A stretch of 63,193 nt of DNA, filler included, from Octopus bimaculoides (GCF_001194135.2; 6 parts of 6 records of this genome joined end to end with filler, not necessarily neighbours in it), one strand, 5' to 3'. Shown: positions 39,224 through 54,359, numbered from the whole stretch's first letter. Translations and numbers: made by a program. Notes: generated by a model from the sequence alone, not told the origin.

Positions 39224-39388
39224 GTACATGTATTGGTCGAATTCAGGCATTGGTCAGTCACCAAGCATTGAAAAAGCAACTATGGCTGGTAATCAAAGAT
39301 CTGTGTTGGTCAGCTCTGACTTAGGTGACCCAGATGGCCTGGCAATTGACTACACCTATGAAAAGCTTTATTGGGCTGATACACTGAA
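39224..39388 (+). CDS. LRP2: LRP2 exon a (YWTD propeller blades)
   Basis: tttctag|G...CTGAA|gtaagt; [54 protein letters not shown]. Confidence 0.93.
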
Positions 39389-41586
39389 GTAAGTTGCATA
39401 AATTTCGTTGTCATGAGTTTCTTCTTTTTTTTGTACCTGACAGAAAATATTTGTTTTATGTGTATTCTTAAATAAAGTTTGCTTTTCTCTCTTCCTCCCC
39501 CCATCATCATCATCCTCCTCNNNNNNNNNNATCATCATCCTCCTCTCCATCCATTTTTCCATGCTTACACGGATCAGTCAGAGTCTGTCGCTGCAGATTT
39601 TCTACAGTTGGATGCCTTCCCTGTCACCAGCCTTCACTTGTTTCCAAGCAAGATAATATTTCCCCATATGGTCAAACATGTTTCTCAAAGAAAGCTTGAA
39701 AAGAGCAACATCATTTACAACTATCGGTGATATCAAAACAAATGTACACACACACACACACCCATGTACACATTATGAGCTTCTTTCAGTTTCCATCTAC
39801 CAACTCCACTCACACTATAGCCCCAGGCTGGATTAACTGGAACATTCATTGTCTCAATTGATAGAGTGGCAGTCTTCATTTGCAAGCTATTATTTGTAGT
39901 TTTATCTGCTTTAATTTCCATCATTAAAAACGAAAAATTAATTAATGTTTTTGCTTTTACTTTTAGTGATAATGTTTCCTATATTTCNNNNNNNNNNTAA
40001 TTAATGTTTTTGCTTTTACTTTTAGTGATAATGTTTCCTATATTTCATTTTATTTTCTCTGAGAGTATTTTATATATGTGTCTATTTTCAATGTTCTTTA
40101 GAAATCAGATTGAAAGAATTTCTCTCGATGGACATTACCGTGATGTGATTGTTGCCACCACATATGAACCAACGTCTATAACTGTCTTCGGTCTTTACAT
40201 CTACTGGATAAGTTCATTTAGGTGTATGTATTGCAAACTAATCCTCTTCATATATAAATAATATACACAGGTCTGTGAAATGGAACTTTATGAAAATTGC
40301 TTTCATAATTCTATGTTACTTTATGTATGTTTGTGGCACCAATTCATAATATCAAAAAGGCTCATTTCCATCACCCAAAACTTTCTCAGAATTCCATGAT
40401 AAAATATACCATAATTTGGAAGTACATCCTCATGTTGTAGGACAAAATGAAACTAATAAAAATGAAATCGATACTTTATTTGGTAAAATAAAATGGCACA
40501 AATGGCACAAATGAAAGGTGAGAAGATTGAAAGGTGAGAAAATAGACTTTTTGTAAGAGTTTCATTCATTTTTAGTAGCCATCACCTCGAAATCTCTTCT
40601 TTTTCTCTTGGAATCTATGCCTGGAACTCAGAAGCTTCTGAGCATTTGATGGAGATTCAAGATACAACATCCAGTAGTAGTTGGCCATTCTATTGGCTTC
40701 AAATTTTGGTACAAGGCCGGCAATTTGGGAGAAGGAGTAAGTTGATTACATTGATCCTGGTGTTCAACTGGTACTTATTTTATCGATCTCAAAAGGATGA
40801 NNNNNNNNNNTGATCCTGGTGTTCAACTGGTACTTATTTTATCGATCTCAAAAGGATGAATTGGAAAGTCAATCGCAGCAGAATTTGAACTCAAAATGTA
40901 AAGATGAACAAAATACAGGCAAGCATTTTCTCTGGCATGCTAACAATTCTGCCAGCTCACTGCCATATTGTCAGCCATTGTATTGACACTCCATCTTCCA
41001 CATTATTCATGGGATGACTCAATATATGTACACACACACNNNNNNNNNNNNNNNNNNNNNNNNNNNNNNNNNNNNNNNNNNNNNNNNNNNNNNNNNNNNN
41101 NNNNNNNNNNNNNNNNNNCACACACACACACACACACACGCACATGCAGAAGGCACATGGCCTAGTGGTTAGAGTGTTGGGCTCACAATCATGAGGTAGT
41201 GAGATTGATTCCCAGACTGGGCTGTGTGTTGTGTTCTTGAGCAAGACACTTTATNNNNNNNNNNTGTGTTCTTGAGCAAGACACTTTATTTCCCGTTGCT
41301 CCAGTTCCCTCAGCCATAGAAATGAGTTGCGATGTCATTGGTGCCAAGCTGTATCAGTCTTTGCCTTTGCTCTGGATAGCATCAGTGGCATGGAGAGGAG
41401 GAGGCTGATATGCATGGGTGANNNNNNNNNNGAGGAGGCTGATATGCATGGGTGACTGCTGGTCTTCCATAAACAACCTTGTCCGGACTTTTGCCTCAGA
41501 CAGTAACTTTCTGGGTGCAATCCCATGGTCATTCATAACTGAAGGGGGTCTTTATCTATCCCCTTACCCTTTTTTGTTATACAGAA

Positions 41587-41630
<44 letters not shown>

Positions 41631-41640
41631 NNNNNNNNNN

Positions 41641-41687
<47 letters not shown>

Positions 41688-44600
41688 CCTACATGATTTG
41701 CTTGATACTTTTATATTTTTCTTTGTGAACCTTAGAATTTTATTTTCTTCCTCCTAAGTTGAGAAAATTGCTTAATATGTCTACTGCAATAAGTGTAGAA
41801 CATTTGTATATTTTCCTGTTTATTTTATTCCCTTTTGCTTCATAAAGGGTTGATGTATCGTGCTGAGAAACACACTGGAGCCAATACCATAAGAATGACA
41901 AAATACCTCACGTCCTTTCCAGACGATATTGTGGTTTTTTCTGCAGATTTACAAAACTGTGAGTTAATTATTATTTTCCTTTTCTCCTCTTTTATCAAAT
42001 TTTAAGACTTAAAATATACCAAGTATTGTTGTATTATTCCACAATGACTTATTTATGTAACACTTTCTCAAATATATGAAATCTTATGTTTATATGTAAG
42101 TATTGGAGTCTGGTGCAGCTCCTCAGCTTACCAGCCCTGGTCAAACTGTCCAANNNNNNNNNNTGCAGCTCCTCAGCTTACCAGCCCTGGTCAAACTGTC
42201 CAACCCATGCCAGCAGGACAACGGACGTTAAATGATGATGATGAGGAGGAGGAGGAGGATATCTAAAGAAGGAACGTTGCTGTGTGAGGCTGGAACAAAG
42301 CGAGAAGGTACAAAGTAAACAACAAAACAAACATTAAACAATTCAGATGAGGATTGGTTACCATTAGAAACAATACTAGTCATAATGGTTATATCTTGTG
42401 TATCAAATCACCATTGTAAGTATTTCTACTTAGATATCTTGCTCAAGTTCACTAAAGTTGACATTTTCTTCCCAGGTAAGCTTGATCCTTGTCAATTATT
42501 TAACGGAGGTTGCAGTCAGGGATGTCATCCTGCACCCAATGGAGAAGCTGAATGCTCGTGTAATGGAACTTCATCTGTAGTGAGTAAATACAAAACATGT
42601 ATCCCCCAGAACCACAACTGTTCAGATACTGAATTCGTTTGTTCAAATGGAAAGTGCATTTACAAAAGTTGGGTATGTGATCAGGACGATGACTGCAAGG
42701 ATGGTTCTGATGAAAACAGCAACTTGTGTGGTCAGTATTTCATTATTTAATTTATGGTCATTGTCATCATACTTTCTATTATTTTATTGTTTTAGTTAAT
42801 GGGCAGTGGTCATGTTGGGGCAACACCTTGAAGTGTTTTAGTCGATCATATAGACTCCAGAAATTATTTTTTAAGTCTGATATCTATTTTATTGATTTCT
42901 ATTTATCAAACTTCTAACATTGAGTACGTATACAAAGAAGAGATTTTTATTGTCAATGTAGAGGCAGAGAGAAGCCTAGCACACACACAAATGCACACAA
43001 ACACATATGCATACAAACGCATACATATGCACACATACATACACACATATACATAGGCACATAAACACATACATGTATTTATAAATATAATAAATGATGA
43101 TGGATGGACAGTGACAGTGCAATTCACACTACAAACGTTTTGATAACATGGTAATTTTTTTTGCAATTGCTGTATTTCAAAAACTCGTGATTTGTTTTAT
43201 GTAATACACCAATTGCATGTAAATTGCTATGCTATTGAAACATATGTAGCACGTAGTGAACAGTCATCACCCATTCATCTTCACCATGTGACATGTGGAG
43301 ATAGCCTTGCTACAAAGAATGGAGTTGCAAAATACTTGCTATCATTAAATAATTGTGATTATGTTAATTAATTTTGTGATTTAATGATAGAATGGGAATA
43401 TTAATTCATTAATATCTCTATATTGTACATGTTGAGGTTTTCTAAACTGATATTAAAATGATATGGGAACACAAAACAGTGAGAATCAAAGTAAATTCCT
43501 GGGATTCATAGGACTGGTTATCCCATTTTACCTGGATGAGATGCCAGTCCATCACAGCATTACTCATTTATAGGTGAGTGAACTGGACAAACATAAAATG
43601 AAGTATATTGCTCAAGAACCCAACATACTGCCCAATATAGGAATAAAAACTACAATTTGGCAGTTGTGAATGCAACAACGTAACCACTAGGCTACATGTC
43701 TTCACAATAATGCGTGTATTCATTCATAATTGTTTTTTTTTTATTCTGTATAATATATTTTATAAAATGAATTAATTAATTAATTAAAATGAGCTTCTTT
43801 CATCATTGCATTTATAACTTCACCAAGTTTAGAATTTTTTGCTTTATTAAATCCATTTACATGTCACATTATTCTCATTTTATGTTGTATGATTACCACT
43901 GGGAACTAATATATGCTCCTCTTCACCAGCGACCCACACTTGTGAGAAGACTCAGTACAGATGCAACAACGGACGCTGTATCAATCATCTGTTTCGTTGT
44001 GATTTCGNNNNNNNNNNAGATGCAACAACGGACGCTGTATCAATCATCTGTTTCGTTGTGATTTCGATGACGATTGTCTTGACAACTCGGATGAAATCGG
44101 TTGTGGTAAGTTTGACCTCTATCATTCATCATCATCCTAATCATCGTTGTTGTCATTGCCATCCTTGTCATCATTGTCATCGTCATCATCATCATGAACA
44201 GCTATCAATATCATCATTTAATGNNNNNNNNNNTGTCATCGTCATCATCATCATGAACAGCTATCAATATCATCATTTAATGTTCACTTTTTCCATGCTT
44301 GTCCGGATCAGATGGAATTTGTTGAAGTAGATTTTCTATGCCTGGATGCCTTTCCTGTCACCAACAATCATCTGTTTCCAAGCAGAATAATATTCAGCCA
44401 TTGCCAGACTTGTTTTCATGGAAGACTGGAAATGAACGATGTTGCTTGGATGATGGTGATGTTTGTTTCACAGCAATTGCACGTCAAGACAAAGAAGCAC
44501 AAGCATGCACACACACATACACACCCATGCATCTGCATACACACACATGCATGCATGTGTGCACACACACATACGCACATTACCATCATCATCANNNNNN

Positions 44601-47600
44601 NNNNCATGCATGCATGTGTGCACACACACATACGCACATTACCATCATCATCACCATTTCACTTCTGTATTTCATGCTAGTATGGATTGGATGATTTGAC
44701 AGGATCCAACCACTACAGGGCTGTGTTGGGTCTAATGTCTGCTTTGGCAAGGTTTCCATAACTGAAAGCCGTTCTTAGCGTTTGCAACTTTATAGGGGAA
44801 CTGCATGTCTTTTTTTTTTCCCGTGGCTCCAGCACTAGTGAAATTACCAAATAATTTCATAGACAAGAACCTCTTGACAGAGTGGGATTGCAGACCTGAG
44901 AGAGGTGGCTTTGAGCCAGCTGATAAGAGGTTGAAATATGATAAAAGGACAGGAACAAGTGTTTTGCTGCAGAGCAAACACATGGCTTCTCCAGTAGAAA
45001 AGGGAGAAAGGATTGTGAAAATGCAGTATCAGGGTGTAACGTTGAGGTGGATAGAGAGAGAGAGAGACTGGAGGAGGAGAATTGAGGATAGCTGGGTGGA
45101 TAGGTAGGTCTATGAGAACGTGAAAGGAGACTAGCAGGCAGTAGAGATGAAGACATAAGGGAAAACAGAAGTGAATGGTGACTATGGATGGAGGCGTGGG
45201 CAATGATGAGTCTCAGTTTGGGGGAAAATTTAAGGTAAATAGGGGTGAGTTGTGGAGGAGGAGGAGAAGATAGGAGATAAAACATACATAGAAAAGAAGA
45301 TGGAGAGCAACAGCATAACTTAAGCATAGATATATAAGAAATAGGGAAATGAGCTGAAGTGTGGCGGAGAGAAAAGATGCACAGTGACAGAGACAGGAGT
45401 CAGAAGTACATAGGGATGGATATTGTGAGTTTAAAAAGAGGAAATCATTGACAGATATGAGAGGGTGCTCAAAGGAAAGTAACATTCAGTGGATGGTGTG
45501 GAGAATACTGGCAGGGTGGCAACAGAAGTGGTNNNNNNNNNNATTCAGTGGATGGTGTGGAGAATACTGGCAGGGTGGCAACAGAAGTGGTTACAAGAGA
45601 GGGTTACTCAAAGCACAAAAATAGGGAAGGAATAAATGCATTTCTTCTTTCATATAACTACAACAGCTGAGTAATAGTACTGTAGTTAGAGGGGTGGAGT
45701 CTTACAAAGATGAATCATTGAGAAGGCTTGACAGGTACAGTTTGGGTGTACAGGAATAGATCTTAATGACATGCTTTCAGCACCTTATTTTGACTGACAT
45801 TGGTAGGTTTTCTTGAACATGGCAAATCACAATTCATCTCTGCCCTTTGACATCCCCTCTATGGGGCCTAACAATATGACTTTGCTGCTTCATTCCATAT
45901 CTTCGTGGATCTCCAAATTACGTCCACATTTAACAATCAGCTCTGCTTTATGCAACTCCCCTCATTCATACACATTGCACGACCAAACCAGTCAAGTTTA
46001 ACTGCACCATGCAATGCAGTAGGACATAAAAGATATTGTAGACAACCAATATTTTATATGAACAGCTAATATTTTGCTTTGACCATATTGTACAACCCTA
46101 ATGTAAAGAATGAATTTTCAAACATAGTTTTTTTGTTTTTTTTTACAATTAACTCTTTTTTTAATTGAACTTTTTTATTTTGTGTTTTTAAATGAATATT
46201 TCATCATCTATTTCCAGATGCCTCAACCTGTGGCCCAGCACAGTTTACCTGTAAGAATTACCGTTGCATCGATGCTGAACAGGTTTGTGATGGCTACGAC
46301 CAATGTCGGGATGGAGAGCAGACTGATGAAAAGAACTGCCGTAAGTATTTCACTGCTAATAACAACTTTGCCAGTCTGGCGTCTTTAGGAGGGAAATTTT
46401 ATCAGGTACATGAAGAAAGAACATATCTGAGACGGGCATCCATAAAAACAAAGAACTTTAAAAATGGTTCCATGGTGTAAACTTTCTGTTTTAAGGAAAT
46501 CTAAATTAAAATCTTCCAAGAGAATTTTAAGTTAATTTTTGTTCCAAACGCCANNNNNNNNNNATTAAAATCTTCCAAGAGAATTTTAAGTTAATTTTTG
46601 TTCCAAACGCCAAATTACTAACGATAATTTTGCTTCACTATATTCTTCATTATTTTCAAAATTAATTAAAACAAAAGCAGAGCATTCCAAGAGAAACATG
46701 GTAACAAAAGGTCAAGTATCTTGGCAACTGACCTTTCGCACTTTCCAATTATTCGATTTAAAATAGTAGATTCTGTCATGCAGATATTTATTCAGTAAAC
46801 TGCAACAATGAAATGTCTCTAATCACAATTTTATTTCTACAAACTTAGTTATTTGCTTCATTCCTGGATGTATCTCACTTATTTCATTGTCTCAATTTAA
46901 AAACTCAAAGGAGATCGAATTTCTTCTTCATGATTGCTTGAAGTCATATTCTCTCGGTTAATGGACCTGGACAAATAACTTAAAACCCAAGTCCTCATTC
47001 CTCATGGAGCAGAGATCATCCATGACTTTTCCTCAATTCTCAACTCTCAGCCATCTTTTCTGAACTCTTATTAGTGTTGAATTGTCATCAATGACATTCC
47101 CTCACTGATCCAAGTCTGCTTCATGTCTGCCTGTCCCTTAGTTTCCAGGTTTTATATTTATATTTATTTCGATGAAGTGTGAATGTATCTGAGAGAGGGA
47201 GAATGAAAGAGCATGTGTGTATGTGTGCACACACACACACACACATGCATGTGTGTGCTGCAAATGATTATCTCCTGCTNNNNNNNNNNACACACACACA
47301 CACATGCATGTGTGTGCTGCAAATGATTATCTCCTGCTAGCGATATAAACACGAGTGCTTATATGCACCCCAAGTCCCTATGAGAGATTCTTTCATGGTA
47401 AATAATNNNNNNNNNNCTTATATGCACCCCAAGTCCCTATGAGAGATTCTTTCATGGTAAATAATGCAGAATTCTGTCTTGTAACACAATATTCACTTTT
47501 AAGTGTGGATAACTATTACTTTTTGGAATTAATACCACTTATGTTACTAATAATTATATTTCAAGACATGAGTTCAAATCAGGAATCTTAAAAACCAAAT

Positions 47601-50600
47601 ACAAAAAGGGAAAACTCACAAATAGCTTTTGACAAAAAGGGCCCAAAGGTACCATTTTGTTTTGGGGCTATTTCCAATATTAAAAGGATCCAACCCTGAT
47701 TACATTGGTGGTGAATTAGATTAATTTGGTATCAAAATCAGTCTAAATGATTGCAATTATTAGTATGATTAATCTTCAAAAATATTCTTCCTCGCAGCCA
47801 ACAACATGACGTGTCCAGAGAATAGAGTGAAATGCCCAAACTCTAATGTTTGTATAAGAATACATCTGCTGTGTGATGGTGACAATGACTGTGGGGNNNN
47901 NNNNNNATTCTGATGAAAACGTTATGTTTTGCAAGTCTGCAAACTGTACAGGTTAGTAAATAATTCTTCAAGCATCGTCACAGGGTCTAAAATTTTGACA
48001 AAAGGCCAGTAATTTCGGGGGTCGGGGTAGATCAGTTACATTGACCCCAGTGTTCAACTGGTAGTTATTTTATTGACCCCTAAAGGGATGAAAGGCAAAG
48101 TCAGCCTCAGCAGAATTAGAACTCAGAATGTAAGGACAGATGAAATGCTGCAAAGCATTTTGTCTGATGTGCTAATGATTCTGCCGGCTTGCCATTTTCT
48201 CTAAAACTAATTTCAAATTTTGGCACAAGGCCAGCAATTTATGGGGAGCGGGACGAGTCAATTACATTAACCCCAGTATATTAATTGACGGATATAATTG
48301 CAGGTATGGCTGGTTGCACACTAGCAATTAATTTTTACTCCAAATATAATTGCAAATGTGTGTAAAAACACTTGAAATGTTTGAGAATTGAGTAATGACT
48401 CCATGTGCATGGTTTTCTTTCAGGCCATTTCCGATGCCTGCAAGCCAACCGCTGTATTCCTTCTTCTTGGTATTGTGATGGTACTGAAGACTGTGCAAGT
48501 GGGGAAGATGAACCAACTAACTGTAAGTAAAGAAGCACATTTTTATATTTCTATGTTGATCAAAGAAGACACGTTGATTGTAAAAAAAAAAAATTCATGT
48601 TTCCTTCTCAAGCCATGCCAGGCTCATGAGGGCCGGTTTCCTGGTTTTAATGGTATATATATTCCCCACCTGGATGGGATGCCAGTTTTCTTTAATCAAG
48701 TAATCACTTCCTCACACATAACATACCTTAAATATAGCTACAGCAANNNNNNNNNNCAAATCTAAACTGGCTACTTTGTGCAGTCTCAAAATCTCACATG
48801 TTGTATTCTGTGTCACAAATCTTCAGAGATATCTCAATGAGTTTTAATGAACCAATGAATGTTAATTTGGCTTTAAACCATTTCAGTATCCACAATTATC
48901 ACCTGTGGTGGTGTGACTAGAGTTTGTGCCACCAAGGGTGGTTCTTAAGTTTGCTACACTCTGCTCCAAGAAAGACCAGCTGANNNNNNNNNNAGGGTGG
49001 TTCTTAAGTTTGCTACACTCTGCTCCAAGAAAGACCAGCTGAGGAGATCATGCCCTTGCCCCTGGGATCTGGAGTCTTATAGATTATATTGTGAGACCTA
49101 GTCTAATGCCTCTCCTTGTCTAGTTTCAATTAAATAAATTTAGCTTTTTATCAATCAGCTTCAATGTAATAACATACAGGCTATAACGTTGTATTTAAAT
49201 GGGTATCAAATGTGATGAATATCAAAACTTCCTCAAATAAAGAATGATTCCTCCTCTTTAAAAGACATTAAGGCAACAATGAATATTATTATTTTTTCTG
49301 TGAAATTTTATATAAAATCTGTGCAGTTGTTTATTTCAGGTCATGTGAATTTAACATGTGCCAGCAACATGTTTGCATGCGGCTCAGGAGGGTGCATCTA
49401 TAAAGCCTGGTTATGCGATGGAGAAAACGATTGCTCTGATGGTTCGGATGAAACCATTGACTGTCGTAAGTCACTGATTATCTTAGTTTCCTTTATTGTC
49501 ATTAATATATATAAAAAAAAAAAACAAGTTTGTTACGTACAACAGGAGTTGGTCAAGTTCCTTGAATGTATCTTGGTCAGCCTGTGAACTTTTTAGCCGA
49601 CCCTAATACATCTGCCACACACAAAGACTACTCCCTCTGTTAACCTACCTGCTATACCACTGCACCTCCTATGTGTTTATAGCTTGCACTGGGTTCACTG
49701 GATGGAATTTCTACCTACACCTTTTCTACATATCAAGCAGAGTCATTTCCCAGAAGGAATTAGTGATTTATCTGTTTTCCTACTTACTAACACTTTGGTC
49801 TTTATTAACGCTAAGGATCTTGGATTACAGACCTTGCTTCCTTTCCCAAATATTTTTCTATCATTCTACTATAGATTCAACTATAAGAACGAAGTCATTA
49901 AAATAGAGAAGTAACCATAGGTAACCAGTCTTGAATTCCTCTGTTATGGCCTAGAGGGCTACGATAAACAAGAGGGGTCTGAGAACTGAGCTTTGGTGAA
50001 CTCCTACCTGCATAGTAAATTCATTGCTATATTCGTTACTGACTTTCACCTTTCTGACAGCATCTCTTTACATGGCCTGGATGGCTCTCACCACCGTCAG
50101 CTACCCTTAGCTTCTGCAGTGACCAACAGATGAGGGACTAGGTACCTTGTCAAAGGCTTTCTCCATGTTAACAAATACCAAGTACAGAAGTTATCGTTCA
50201 CTAAGTGTTTCTCCTGCGGCATCTAGGTTGACTCCTACTTGAGATACAACCCTTTCTGAAACTTTCATGACCTGGCCCAGCAATTTGCTACAATGCAACA
50301 TTCTGAGAAAAAAAGAAATTGTGTTTCTAAAACTATTCAAAAATTTACATAATAATAAAAATGAAAATAAAATAAAACATTATAAATGATGATGAAAGGT
50401 TCAGAAACTCCTGGTTCATCATAAAATACTTCCCATTGCAGATGTGCAGGCATTCGTGAGTGAATTATTAACTGCCATAATTAAAAAGGGATTAATTTTT
50501 AGCACCGACAAGTCTTAGTCCCTTTCAGAGGCTGAAGTAGTTTTTTGCTATCTTGAATTCCTTGGAGTGAAATTGTCATATTTACTACATTTATTATATT

Positions 50601-53600
50601 AGTTAGAAATCATGCTTATTTCATCATCATCATCATCACCATCACCAACATCATCATTGTTTAGCATCCACTTTTCCATGCTCACATGAGGCAGAGTTTA
50701 TACAACTGGATGCCCTTCCTGTNNNNNNNNNNTTCCATGCTCACATGAGGCAGAGTTTATACAACTGGATGCCCTTCCTGTCATCAACCCTTACCTGTTT
50801 CCAAGCAAGGTAATATTTCCCCTTGACCAGATATCTCTCAGAAGACATCCCTCAGACAAAGAGCACTGCTTGCATGGTACTGTTTTGCTTACACTTTCAT
50901 GCGACCTCAAAGAACAAATGGTGTGTTTAACTGCACTTCGCAGACATAATTGCTAAGGCATTGCCATGGAGATTGGCCAGTGACACTCACTGCAACAGCC
51001 TTGTTCTGACTTCAATATTGCTAAAGTCCACTTTAGTTTTCATCTTTCTGGGATTGACGAAAGAAAATACCAGTTAAATACTTGGGTCATTGAAATGTAC
51101 TTAGACATCAACACCATCCACAGACAAATGCGTATCATTTTACCTGTATAACGAATCAAAATTTATGCTACATTCCTTTATTAAAATATTTACTCTTGAC
51201 TTGTGTTTCAGGAAATATTGCATGTGCTGCAGATGAATTTAACTGCACGCATAACCGCAATATTGGAATTTACCCATGCATTAAAAAGAAATTTGTATGT
51301 GATGGAGATAAAAACTGCGCCGATGGAGAGGATGAACGCCAGTCTTGTCCACCAGATGTCTGTGATGATAATGAGTTTGCATGTGCAAATGGTGGCTGCA
51401 TTCAATCAAAATTTGTTTGTGATCGTGAAGACGATTGTGGTGATCGCTCTGACGAACATGGCAATTGTGGTAAGTCCTTTTGTATACAGGCCTCGGTCAT
51501 CTGTCATAGCCTCCGTGAGGCCCAACACTCAAGAAAACTGTGTAACACACATAGACATTATTAAATGAAAATCCAAATGAATTATTGAAATTAATTATGA
51601 TTTCAGAATATCCAGAATGTGGAGAAGACCTTTTCACTTGTGATAACAAACGATGCATCCTTAATTCATGGGTTTGTGATGGAGATAATGACTGCCACGA
51701 TAATTCAGATGAAAAAGAATCGGTGTGCTGTGAGTGTCCCATTTTTTATTTCTTTGTTTTTGCTTTGTTTCTTCAGAGATTCTAGAGACAAAAAAATGGT
51801 GGAATCATGAAAACATAGCTGGCAGAAACGTTAGCACGCCGGGCGAAATGCTGAGCGGTATTTCGNNNNNNNNNNNNNNNNNNNNNNNNNNNNNNNNNNN
51901 NNNNNNNNNNNNNNNNNNNNNNNNNNNNNNNNNNNNNNNNNNNNNNNNNNNNNNNNNNNNNNNNNNNNNNNNNNNNNNNNNNNNNNNNNNNNNNNNNNNN
52001 NNNNNNNNNNNNNNNNNNNNNNNNNNNCTTTCATCCTTTTGGGGTCAATAAATTAAGTACCAGTTGTGTAGTGGGGTCTATCTAATCGACTGGCCCCCAA
52101 AATTCCGAGCCTTGTGCCTACAGTAGAAAAGAATATTTGATCTACTTCAAGTTCCACCATTAAAACTATACATATATGTGTGTGTGTATGAGTATGTGTT
52201 TAAATATATATATATATATATATATATATNNNNNNNNNNTATATATATATAAATATATATATAGGAGGTCTGATGTAAAAGTATCATGACTGGTGCTATA
52301 AAAAAAAAACTACAACACATACTAATTCGATATCTAATCTCCTTGGAAGTAGTCCCCTTCAAAGTGGTCCCCTTCAAAGTGGTCCCCTTATGCAGCATTG
52401 TTTCCAGTTAGCAAGCAGCTGCCTCATTGCATTCTCTTGGAATTTCTCAGCATCTTGGAATCATGCTCCTTTCAAGTGGAATTTGAGTTTTGGAATTTGG
52501 AACAATGATAACCTTCAAGCCATGTCTCTCTCCACACACTTTACTTGCCAGTACTGCTATAAATAATGGAAGAGAGAACATCTTAACTTAATGTGCATGT
52601 GAGACAGAGTTCAAGGTCAGTCTGTGCCAAGTGACATCATTCTGTATGCTCCATTACCATAGCAACAGCTCCATATATATTTTTATCAAACCTCAAATAT
52701 ATATATANNNNNNNNNNNNNNNNNNNNNNNNNNNNNNNNNNNNNNNNNNNNNNNNNTATATATATATATATATGTATATATATGTATATACACACACACA
52801 CAGGCATATATAATGTCCTTGATTTTCTTGTGAATAATTGTAATGTATTTTACCATTCCAGTAACACCAGCACCAACTTGTCCACCTGGACAATTTCGGT
52901 GTGACAATGGAGAATGCATTAATTACCTGTTAGCTTGTAACAAGAATCCTGACTGCTCTGATCAAACTGATGAACGTCACTGCTGTAAGTATCGACCAGC
53001 TGATCTCTTTCGAGGTCGATGAAATAAGTACCAGTTGCATACTGGGGTCAATGTGATTTGATTTACCTGCTTCCCTGAAATTGCTGGCCTTGTGCCAAAA
53101 TTTGAAATCCTTATTATGTCTCACCACTTTACTGTTTATTCTCTTTCTATGTCTTTCTTTCAACAGACATCAACGAATGTGAAGATGTAACTATCCATCG
53201 ATGTGAACATACATGCGTTGATACCCTGACCAGTTACCGCTGTGAATGTAACCCAGGTTATACCCTCATGACTGATAGGAAAGCTTGTCGTGGTCAGTAT
53301 CAATCGTCTTTGGAACCATTCAACCAGATTTCTTTTGCTATTTACTTTATTTTATTATTTTCCCATGGAATATACCAATGGAGATACATTCACGATTTGC
53401 ATGTTAATATTTCTAATGTTTCCGACTGTCAGCTGGCAGAATCCTTACTGCAGCTGGCCAAATGCTTAGCAACATTTCACCTGTCTTTATGTTCTGTATT
53501 CAAATCCTGCCGAGGTCAACTTTGTCTTTCATCCTTTCAGGGTTGATCAGTTCAGCACCAGTTGAGCACTAGGGTCGATTTCATTGACTTACTCCCTCCC

Positions 53601-54311
53601 ATCACAATTGCTGGCCTTGTGCTAAAATTTGAAATCAATATTTCTAACCATAAAAGCTGTTAGCTGGCGGAGTTGTTAGCACACCCAGCAAAATGCTCAG
53701 TGTTATTTTGCTTGTCTTTACGTTTTGAGTTCAAAATTCCACCAAAGTCGACTTTACCTTTCATCCTTTTAATGTTGATGAATTAAGTACCAGTTAAACA
53801 CTGGGGTCAATGTGTGAGGAGATGCCGAAAAGTTTCTGGCTTGAGGTAAGAGAAAATATGAGAGAATCAGTTAATTATGATTTTATTCAATACATCCTCC
53901 TCTCAGATTCACACTTTTATTGCAGTGGTCTTTCAGTTTTTGTAAGCTTTGTAAAAGAACTTGGAAGGTTGGGCCTCCAGCCAGGCCTTTCGCGAAACCC
54001 TTACAGCCAGGAAATTTTCAGTACCCCGTCATAATTGACTTAACTCTCCCCCACTGAAATTACTGACCTGGTGCCAAAGTTTGGCACCAATATTTGTATT
54101 CTTTAACCTTCAGTTCTTACTTGTTTCAGTGATTGGACTGCAGCCATGCTGGAGCACCACCTTGAAGGGTTTTAGGGGAATAAATTACCCCAGCATTTAT
54201 TTCTTAAAGTCTGGTACTTATGCCATTGATCTCTTTTTGCCAAATTGCTAAGTTGCAAGGATGTAAACAGACCAACTTCAGTTGTCAAGGGCTGATGGAG
54301 AACAAACATGA

Positions 54312-54349
<38 letters not shown>

Positions 54350-54359
54350 NNNNNNNNNN

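Noticed and set aside
43772-43787. TTAATTAATTAATTAA resembling the linker
   Set aside because: It is not flanked by N and lies in an AT-rich LRP2 intron, so it is natural sequence.
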